A stretch of DNA of 64,000 nt from Gemmatimonadales bacterium (GTDB lineage Bacteria; Gemmatimonadota; Gemmatimonadetes; Gemmatimonadales; GWC2-71-9): the NCBI GenBank assembly GCA_037189525.1, contig JBBCJC010000005.1:544001-608000 (forward strand). The letters run 5' to 3'. Shown here piece by piece: positions 56,513 to 64,000 of the stretch (position 1 is its first letter; the number at the start of each line of letters is the position of its first letter). The position numbers and the translations under genes are program-made. Under the pieces are notes generated by a model, which did no database searches, had not been told where the DNA came from, and was given only the letters and a program-made list of their open reading frames with translations.

Positions 56513-57682
56513 ATGTCAACCACGCACTTCGCGGCTCGCGTTGCCCTCCTGCTCGCGATAGCCGCTTGGGGATCTGGATGTGGCAAGGCCAGCAAGACGC
56601 CGGAGAATGGGCAGGAGTCGGAAACTGCCGAGGAAGAGCACGAGCGGGTCCGGCTCGATTCAACGGCAATTGCCGTGTCCCGGATCAGCGTGATCTCGGC
56701 TGATACTGTTCGAACCACAAGCCTCCCGGTAACCGGAACGATCACGTATGACGCCAATCGTCTGAGTCATGTCGGAGCGCGGGTCGACGGGCGTATCGTA
56801 CAAATCACCGTCGACCTGGGAGCCAGCGTTGTGGCAGGCCAGACGCTAGCCGTGCTGGAGAGCGCCGAGGTCGGTCAAGTCCGAGCGGACGAGGGCGAAG
56901 CGGCCGCGCTGGTCGATATCGCCCGAGAAAACTTCGAGCGTGAACGCCGACTGCAAAGCCAGGGCATCTCGAGCCGCAAGGAAATGCTCGACGCCGAGGC
57001 CGACCTCCGTCGCGCGGAGGCTGCGCTCAACAGCGCCCGCCAGCGCCTCCAGGTACTGGGAACGGAGCCAGGACAAGGCGGACGATTTGCGCTGACGGCC
57101 CCGTTTGCCGGCGTCGTGGTCGCGCGACACGCCACACTCGGCGAAGTGTCCACCTCATCCGGGCAGCTGTTTACCGTTGCCAACCTCGATCGCCTGTGGA
57201 TCGAACTCGACTTGTACGAGCGTGATCTCGCGCGGGTCCGTCGAGGGCAAGCTGTGCGGATTTCGACGGCCGCGTATCCCGGGCGTGTCTTTCCCGGAAC
57301 GATCGCGTATGTCGGGGACATCCTGGAGCCGGAAAAGCGGACCGTGCGAGTGCGGGTGGAGATTCCGAATCCCTCTCGCATTCTCAAGCCGGGAATGTTT
57401 GCCAACGCGCAGATCGATGTGGATGAGGGCGGTGCCCCGTTTGTGGTCATTCCCGAGGACGCGGTTCAACGCCTGCCCGGACGGACGGTCGTATTTGTCC
57501 CGGGCACGACTGCCGGCGAGTTCCTGGTCCGCACCGTAGAGCTCGGTGCGGCCGCCGACAGCGGGCGGGTCGTCGTCCTGTCTGGACTGGCGGCGGGTGA
57601 ACGGCTCGTCAGCACTGGCGCGTTCGCGCTGCGATCCGAGCTCGCTCGCAGCGAGATCGGTGAAGCCGGTCACGGTCATTGA
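56513..57682 (+). CDS. czcB: RND periplasmic adaptor (CzcB-like)
   Basis: Lipobox, APFAGVV, LKPGMF, C-terminal GHGH. Confidence 0.88.
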   Translation: MSTTHFAARVALLLAIAAWGSGCGKASKTPENGQESETAEEEHERVRLDSTAIAVSRISVISADTVRTTSLPVTGTITYDANRLSHVGARVDGRIVQITVDLGASVVAGQTLAVLESAEVGQVRADEGEAAALVDIARENFERERRLQSQGISSRKEMLDAEADLRRAEAALNSARQRLQVLGTEPGQGGRFALTAPFAGVVVARHATLGEVSTSSGQLFTVANLDRLWIELDLYERDLARVRRGQAVRISTAAYPGRVFPGTIAYVGDILEPEKRTVRVRVEIPNPSRILKPGMFANAQIDVDEGGAPFVVIPEDAVQRLPGRTVVFVPGTTAGEFLVRTVELGAAADSGRVVVLSGLAAGERLVSTGAFALRSELARSEIGEAGHGH

Positions 57683-57691
57683 GAGGCCTAT

Positions 57692-60600
57692 ATGCATCGC
57701 ATCATCGTGTTCGCGCTGCGCAATCGTTTGCTGGTGCTCTCGCTGACCGCAATCCTGGTCGGCGTCGGCCTCTGGTCCATGATTCGGCTGCCAATCGACG
57801 CCATCCCCGACGTAACGAATGTCCAGGTTCAGGTCAACACGAATGCTCCGGCCCTGTCGCCATTGGAGGTCGAACGTCAGATCACGCTGCCGGTCGAACT
57901 TGCCATGTTCGGGCTACCCAAACTGCAGGAGGTCCGTTCCCTCTCCAAGTTCGGCCTGTCACAAGTCACGATCATCTTCGAAGATGGGACGGACATCTAC
58001 TTTGCACGTCAACAGGTGCAGGAACGCTTGCAGGAGGCCCGCCAGCAGATCCCAGAAGGATTTGGCACACCGGAAATGGGCCCGATCTCGACCGGGCTGG
58101 GCGAGATCTTTCAGTATAAGGTCGTGGCTGATCCGGGGGCGAAGCAGAGTCTGACGGATCTGCGCACCCTTCAGGATTGGATCATCGCGCCCCAGCTGCG
58201 CAGCGTTCAGGGCGTTGCCGAGGTTAACTCATTCGGCGGCTTTGCCAAGCAGTATCAGGTGTTGATCCGCCCGGAAGCCCTGATCCAGTTCGGCGTGACC
58301 CTGGAGCAGGTCCTCGACGCCGTCGCTGCGAACAATATCAATGCGGGTGGCGGCTACATCACGCAGGGCGCCGAGCAACTCATCATCCGCGGCGTCGGCC
58401 AGATACAGGATCTCGATCAGATCCGCAGCATCGTCGTCACCAGCCGTGAGGGAACCCCGGTTCGAGTTGCGGACCTCGCCGATGTCGAGATTGGTCATAC
58501 CATCCGGCAAGGCGCTGTCACGGCAAATGGAACGGGTGAGGCGGTGATCGGGATCGTGATGATGCGGATGGGAGAGAACTCCCGGACGCTGCTGGATGCG
58601 GTCAAGGCTCGCTTTGCCACCCTCCAACAGATCCTGCCGGTGGGCGTGTCGGTCCGTCCGTTTTACGATCGCACCGAACTGGTCAACCGTACGATTGCCA
58701 CCGTCCAACGGAACCTGCTCGAAGGGGCCGTCCTCGTCATTGCGGTGTTGTTCTTTCTGTTAGGCAATCTTCGAGCGGCGCTGATCGTGGCGCTCGCCAT
58801 TCCGCTCTCCATGATGTTTGCCTTCAGCGGCATGTTGCAGGCGGGGATTGCCGGCAGCCTGATGAGTCTCGGCGCGATCGATTTCGGCCTCGTGGTCGAT
58901 GGATCCGTCGTCATGGTCGAGAACTCACTGCGACACCTGTCGGAGCGACATCGCACGAAGAAAGGATTTCTCGAGACTGTCGCCGAATCGTGCGCGGAGG
59001 TTGCCCGACCCGTTCTGTTCGGCGTGGGGATCATCATCGTCGTCTACCTGCCGATTCTGACGCTCCAAGGCGTCGAAGGCGAAATGTTTCGACCCATGGC
59101 TCTCACGGTCGTGTTCGCCCTTGCCGGGTCATTGATCCTGACCTTTCTCCTCACGCCCGTGTTGATTGCCTTCGGTCTGCGAGGCAAGGTGGAGGAAAAG
59201 GATGTTTGGCTGATGCGCCATGCCAAACGTCTGTATCAGCCAGCGCTCGAGTGGACGCTCAACCATTCGCGTCGGGTCCTCGCAACAGCCGGAGTCCTCA
59301 TCGTCGCGGCGATTGGCGCCATCCCATTTCTGGGTTCCGAGTTCATTCCGCGATTGGACGAGGGGGCCATGGCGATTCAGGTGCTGCGACTGCCCAGCGT
59401 GTCACTGGAGGAATCGGTTCGGCAATCGACGGTGATGGAAGCACGGCTGCGAGAAGCCTTTCCCGATGAGATCCGCGACATCATTTCCAAGACGGGGCGT
59501 CCGGAGATTGCCACTGATCCCATGGGAGTCAACATCAGCGACGTCTTTGTGATGTTGAACCCCGAAAAGCAGTGGACTAAGGCCGGAAACAAGACTGACC
59601 TCGAAGCCATGATGACCGAGGAACTCGAACGCATTCCGGGCCTGGTCGCGAGCTTCAGTCAGCCGATCGAGCTTCGGGTCAATGAACTCGTTGCAGGCGT
59701 GCGCAGCGATCTGGCGATCAAGATCTTTGGCGATGACCTCGAAACCCTGGCCAGCCTGGCCAATGCAACGGTAGCGGGGGTTGCCAAAGTGGAAGGGGCG
59801 GCCGGCTTTCGCGCCCAGCAACTGTCAGGACTGCCACAGCTCCAGATCATTGCCTTGCCGGAACAACTGGCGCGGTATGGGATCAACGCAGCTGACGTGA
59901 TGCGGACCGTCGAGGCGATCGGCGGTATCGAGGCGACCACCATCCTCGAGGGCCAACGCCGCTTTGCCCTTGCGGTGCGATTCCCCGAAAGCGTCCGTCG
60001 CGACCAGCAAACCGTGGCGGGCCTGCTCGTCAGCGCACCTAGCGGGGCTCGGGTTCCGCTGGGTCAGTTGGCTCGGATCGAGGCCGTTCAAGGCCCTTCC
60101 GACATCAGCCATGAGGCGGGGAGCCGCCTGGTGATCATCGAAGGCAACGTTCGCGGCCGTGACATGGGTTCCTTCGTGGAAGACGTCGAAACACTCTTTT
60201 CGACTGGCGCAATCAAGCTGCCGCCTGGGTACCGCGTCGATTTCGGCGGGCAGTTCGAGAATCTGGAGCGCGGCACGCGGCGCCTGATGCTCGTCGTCCC
60301 CTTGTCGCTCCTGCTGATCTTTGTGCTGCTCTATGCGACATTCGATTCGCTACGGCAGGCGGCGCTGGTCTTTACGGGCATTCCGCTCGCCATCGTGGGC
60401 GGCGTCTTTGCCCTGCTGCTGCGGGGGATGCCGTTTACCATCTCGGCGGGTGTCGGTTTCATTGCACTCTTCGGTGTGGCTGTTCTGAACGGGGTCGTGC
60501 TAGTCTCGTACATCAACCACCTGCGCCATGAGGGCCAGCCGCTCGAGCAGGCCGTTCGTGACGGGGGCACGACTCGCCTACGGCCGGTCCTGATGACAGC

Positions 60601-60826
60601 GTTGGTCGCGAGTCTAGGCTTCCTGCCCATGGCGCTGTCCAGTGGTGCCGGGGCTGAGGTCCAACGCCCGCTGGCCACCGTGGTCATTGGCGGTCTGATT
60701 ACAGCAACTCTGCTGACGCTGCTGGTCCTGCCGCTCCTGTATCTTGCGTTTGAGCGCAAATCCTCCCAGAAGTCGTTCGACAATGCAGATTTTTCGGACC
60801 CGATCCCAGGGGTGTCGACCTCGTGA
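57692..60826 (+). CDS. czcA: CusA/CzcA heavy-metal RND permease
   Basis: LPIDAIPDVTNVQVQVNT, MSLGAIDFGLVVDGSVVMVEN, RLRPVLMT. Confidence 0.95.
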   Translation: MHRIIVFALRNRLLVLSLTAILVGVGLWSMIRLPIDAIPDVTNVQVQVNTNAPALSPLEVERQITLPVELAMFGLPKLQEVRSLSKFGLSQVTIIFEDGTDIYFARQQVQERLQEARQQIPEGFGTPEMGPISTGLGEIFQYKVVADPGAKQSLTDLRTLQDWIIAPQLRSVQGVAEVNSFGGFAKQYQVLIRPEALIQFGVTLEQVLDAVAANNINAGGGYITQGAEQLIIRGVGQIQDLDQIRSIVVTSREGTPVRVADLADVEIGHTIRQGAVTANGTGEAVIGIVMMRMGENSRTLLDAVKARFATLQQILPVGVSVRPFYDRTELVNRTIATVQRNLLEGAVLVIAVLFFLLGNLRAALIVALAIPLSMMFAFSGMLQAGIAGSLMSLGAIDFGLVVDGSVVMVENSLRHLSERHRTKKGFLETVAESCAEVARPVLFGVGIIIVVYLPILTLQGVEGEMFRPMALTVVFALAGSLILTFLLTPVLIAFGLRGKVEEKDVWLMRHAKRLYQPALEWTLNHSRRVLATAGVLIVAAIGAIPFLGSEFIPRLDEGAMAIQVLRLPSVSLEESVRQSTVMEARLREAFPDEIRDIISKTGRPEIATDPMGVNISDVFVMLNPEKQWTKAGNKTDLEAMMTEELERIPGLVASFSQPIELRVNELVAGVRSDLAIKIFGDDLETLASLANATVAGVAKVEGAAGFRAQQLSGLPQLQIIALPEQLARYGINAADVMRTVEAIGGIEATTILEGQRRFALAVRFPESVRRDQQTVAGLLVSAPSGARVPLGQLARIEAVQGPSDISHEAGSRLVIIEGNVRGRDMGSFVEDVETLFSTGAIKLPPGYRVDFGGQFENLERGTRRLMLVVPLSLLLIFVLLYATFDSLRQAALVFTGIPLAIVGGVFALLLRGMPFTISAGVGFIALFGVAVLNGVVLVSYINHLRHEGQPLEQAVRDGGTTRLRPVLMTALVASLGFLPMALSSGAGAEVQRPLATVVIGGLITATLLTLLVLPLLYLAFERKSSQKSFDNADFSDPIPGVSTS

Positions 60827-63210
60827 TGAAGCATATCGAGCTCAATCTCCCGCTGCTTCTTCCTGATACGCCGGACGCACGCGACGCCTGCGTGTCCCGA
60901 CTGCAGGCGCTGTTAGCCGAGACCAAGGGGATTATCCGCACTCACCTCGTTGAGCCTACCAGCGACGAAGGCACGGCGCTCTGCGTCGACTACGACCCGG
61001 ACCAGATCAGCCTGGCTGAAGTCGAGCGTCGTGCTGCGGCAGCAGGTGCAGAGATCACCACCCGATTCGGACATCTCCTGATCCCTATCCGCTTGATCGG
61101 CAGTGAAGATGCTCCGCTCCGAATCGAATCCCGATTGCGGGGCCTACCCGGCGTTCTGAGCGCATCGGTCAGCCTTCCGGCGCAGCAGGCCCGGATCGAG
61201 TTCGATCTCCGAACTGTATCGGCTGATCAGATACGGTCGCAGGTCCATGAGTTCGGGTACGGTGCGGCGGAGCCCGGCGATGTACCACTTCCCTCATCCG
61301 AAGTCAGCCCAAAACCATCATCATGGTACTGGCGAAACCGGGAGCTGGCGTGGAGCCTCATTGCTGGCGGACTGCTCATAGTTGCCTGGGCCGGGGGGAG
61401 GTGGTTCGAGGTCACGACGACTGTGGCCATCGTGCTTTATGTGATCAGCTACGCGTTCGGGGGCTTTGACCTCGTTCGTCACTGGGTCAAGGATGCACGG
61501 CAAGGGAAGCTCGCCTTTGATATCGACCTTCTGATGCTCCTTGCGGCGCTGGGAGCTGCCGTACTGGGGGAATGGGCCGAAGGCGCGTTTCTGTTGTTCC
61601 TCTTCTCATTGGCACACGCGTTGGAACACTACGCGCTCGGGCGCGCCCGTAACGCGATTCGGGCACTGGCGGATCTTGCCCCACCGATAGCTAGGGTGCA
61701 GCGCAACGCGCGGGAATTTGAGGTCCCTATTGAATCGGTCCTTGCCGGCGACCTCGTCATCGTTCGTCCAGCAGAACGCATCCCTGTCGATGGAGTGATC
61801 GCGCGCGGCAAATCGGCAGTCAATCAGGCGCCCATCACTGGAGAATCAGTTCCAGTCGATAAGGCCGAGGGTGATGAGGTTTTTGCGGGAACCGTCAACG
61901 GCGAAGGAGCACTCGAGATTTCGACTACCCGCGCCGTGGGAGATCGCACCCTCGATCGCGTCGTCCGTCTCGTCGAGGAAGCCCAAACTCAAAAGGCACC
62001 AACTCAGCGCTTTACGGAGCGGTTTGAACGGATCTTCGTCCCGGTCGTTTTGATTGCCGATATCCTACTCATCGTACTACCCCCACTGCTCGGGCTCTGG
62101 GACTGGAGCACCAGTTTCTATCGCGGGATGGCTCTGCTCGTTGCGGCCTCGCCGTGTGCACTCGCCCTGGGGACTCCTGCGACAGTACTCGCCGGTATTG
62201 CCCAAGCTGCGCGAAAGGGTGTCTTGATCAAAGGCGGTGCGCATCTCGAGCATCTCGGTACTCTGCGCGCTATGGCCCTCGATAAAACGGGAACGCTCAC
62301 TCGAGGGGAGCCGGAAGTAACAGACCTCCGTCCAGTAGCTGGCGTTGACCTCCAGGAGCTTCTGACGGTTTCGGCGGCCGTCGAGCAGCGAAGTCAGCAC
62401 CCCTTGGCTCAGGCCGTCGTACGCCGAGCCGCGGCCGACGGACTTGCACTGCCGACGGCTGGAGCGCTCGAAAGCGTCACGGCGCGGGGGGTTAGATCGG
62501 AGCTGAATGGTCAGGTCGTAGAGATCGGAAGTCTGCGGATGTGGGAGGAAGCCGGAATCACTGTTCCGGCAGAGGTTCGTGACGCCGTCGAGGCGCTGCG
62601 CAGCACCGGTCAGAGCACGATGTCCGTTCGCTACGGCGATCGGTGGCTCGGAACGATCGGGCTCGCCGACCAACCACGCGAAGGTGTTCGCACAATCCTC
62701 GATCGGCTTCGAGGGCTCGGAGTCTCGCCCCTCGTCATGCTCACGGGAGACAATGCGGGAGTCGGCGCCGCAATCGGACGCGATGTCGGAATCGACGAGG
62801 TCAAAGCTGACTTACTTCCGGAGGACAAGGTCGATGCGGTTCAGGAACTCATTGCCATCCACGGACAAGTTGCCATGGTCGGTGACGGAGTCAACGACGC
62901 TCCGGCACTGGCCAACGCAACGGTAGGAATTGCCATGGGCGGGGCAGGAACAGCCGTCGCACTCGAAACAGCGGATATCGCCCTCATGGCCGACGACCTG
63001 GGCAAGCTACCATTTGCGGTCGGCCTGTCCCGACAAGCGCGTGGAATCATCCGACAAAACCTCTTCGTCTCCCTTACGGTTATCGGCCTCCTGATTCTTG
63101 CGACGATATCGGGTGTTTTCGGCATTGGAATCGCCGTCGCAGTGCATGAGGGAAGCACGCTAATTGTGGTGGGTAACGCGCTCCGACTGCTACGCTACGA
63201 CCCCGAGTAG
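60826..63210 (+). CDS. Heavy-metal P1B-type ATPase (SPC/HEG, P1B-4-like)
   Basis: TGES, ASPCAL, DKTGT, GDGVND, HEGST; two N-terminal HMA-like folds. Confidence 0.92.
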   Translation: MKHIELNLPLLLPDTPDARDACVSRLQALLAETKGIIRTHLVEPTSDEGTALCVDYDPDQISLAEVERRAAAAGAEITTRFGHLLIPIRLIGSEDAPLRIESRLRGLPGVLSASVSLPAQQARIEFDLRTVSADQIRSQVHEFGYGAAEPGDVPLPSSEVSPKPSSWYWRNRELAWSLIAGGLLIVAWAGGRWFEVTTTVAIVLYVISYAFGGFDLVRHWVKDARQGKLAFDIDLLMLLAALGAAVLGEWAEGAFLLFLFSLAHALEHYALGRARNAIRALADLAPPIARVQRNAREFEVPIESVLAGDLVIVRPAERIPVDGVIARGKSAVNQAPITGESVPVDKAEGDEVFAGTVNGEGALEISTTRAVGDRTLDRVVRLVEEAQTQKAPTQRFTERFERIFVPVVLIADILLIVLPPLLGLWDWSTSFYRGMALLVAASPCALALGTPATVLAGIAQAARKGVLIKGGAHLEHLGTLRAMALDKTGTLTRGEPEVTDLRPVAGVDLQELLTVSAAVEQRSQHPLAQAVVRRAAADGLALPTAGALESVTARGVRSELNGQVVEIGSLRMWEEAGITVPAEVRDAVEALRSTGQSTMSVRYGDRWLGTIGLADQPREGVRTILDRLRGLGVSPLVMLTGDNAGVGAAIGRDVGIDEVKADLLPEDKVDAVQELIAIHGQVAMVGDGVNDAPALANATVGIAMGGAGTAVALETADIALMADDLGKLPFAVGLSRQARGIIRQNLFVSLTVIGLLILATISGVFGIGIAVAVHEGSTLIVVGNALRLLRYDPE

Positions 63211-63414
63211 CAAGCCTCCCGACATCACGAATTAGAAACAAGACGGATCCCAGATTAGATGTGCGTCTGGGTTCATCGCACAACAATATTCGACGATCGA
63301 TTCTCGATGCCGAGCTCTCGCGGATCGTTCGGATTACCACGACCAGGTGGCGGAGGCTCGGAGCCGAGTTGATTGCCCGGCTCCGTCCCACCGAACGGCC
63401 TCAAGTCCTCGCGA

Positions 63415-63999
63415 CTAATTGGACGTCCGAGCCGTCCACACCGGAGTCCGGCCTTCACCCAGCGTGCCGATCGCTCCGGTTTCCAGTTCGATCACGTGGA
63501 TCGAGGTCTTGTCCTCACCCATCCGGTCGGACTGGAAGACCAGCATCTTGCCGTCCGGTGACCAATCAGGCGACGAGTCGGAGAAGCCGTCGCTGGTCAC
63601 CTGCGTCACCGCACCGGTCGCCACGGTGACGATGTAGAGATCGCCTCCCGCGGCCAGTACGATCCGCTGCCCGTCCGGCGACCACCGGGGCCCGTCGTGT
63701 GAGTCAGTGACGCCGGCCGCAAGCCGCGTAACGGCCGAGGTCGCGACGTCGATCAGATAGGTCGAGAAGGGGAACAGGCCAGCCACGTCTCGATTGGATT
63801 GGAGCACCAGCCGAGTCCCGTCCGGCGAGTACGATCCCGCCGCGTTGATCTTGCCGGCGTTATCGGTCAGTTGGACCAGTGCGCCGTTGGCGATGTGCTG
63901 ACGGAAGAGTTCATACCCGATCGTGAAGTTGCCGCGCTGGAACACCACTTCTGCGCCGTTCGGCGTCCATGAGGCGCGCTGATCCTCCAGCGGGCCGTC
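63415..63999 (-). CDS. TolB-like PD40 beta-propeller protein, 5'-truncated by window edge
   Basis: Repeated WTPNG/YSPDG/WSPDG motifs; frame open to window end. Confidence 0.85.
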   Translation of the reverse strand, partial: DGPLEDQRASWTPNGAEVVFQRGNFTIGYELFRQHIANGALVQLTDNAGKINAAGSYSPDGTRLVLQSNRDVAGLFPFSTYLIDVATSAVTRLAAGVTDSHDGPRWSPDGQRIVLAAGGDLYIVTVATGAVTQVTSDGFSDSSPDWSPDGKMLVFQSDRMGEDKTSIHVIELETGAIGTLGEGRTPVWTARTSN

Positions 64000-64000
64000 C

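Overview
High-GC bacterial chromosomal window. Many exported hydrolases, Ig-like/M8 and IPT/TIG lipoproteins and small beta-barrels suggest a Gemmatimonadota-like organism (inference). About 45 CDS: aldehyde dehydrogenase+DUF779, M20 peptidase, NUDIX+MBL pair, serine hydrolase, stand-alone 5'-3' exonuclease, Lhr helicase, two CocE/NonD hydrolases, GGT, nitronate-monooxygenase-like flavoprotein, Uup ABC-F, two amidohydrolases, HigBA, a complete group-2 Mrp/Pha antiporter operon, pyruvate carboxylase, Zn-ADH, GT4 and a czcCBA+P1B-ATPase block. The most unusual stretch is 29451-31424. It has ~24 tandem ~21-bp units (about 10 variable nt plus a conserved quasi-palindromic AACGRCKGTCA core, with a 146-bp higher-order duplication) just upstream of tRNA-Pro(GGG). 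The tRNA is followed by a ~1.1-kb integrase-less islet bounded by a degenerate copy of its 3' half. Also notable: a His-rich leader ORF with a C-terminal RPP motif before czcCBA, and a HigB gene with ATA where its start codon should be. All calls are from motif recognition by eye; no searches were run.
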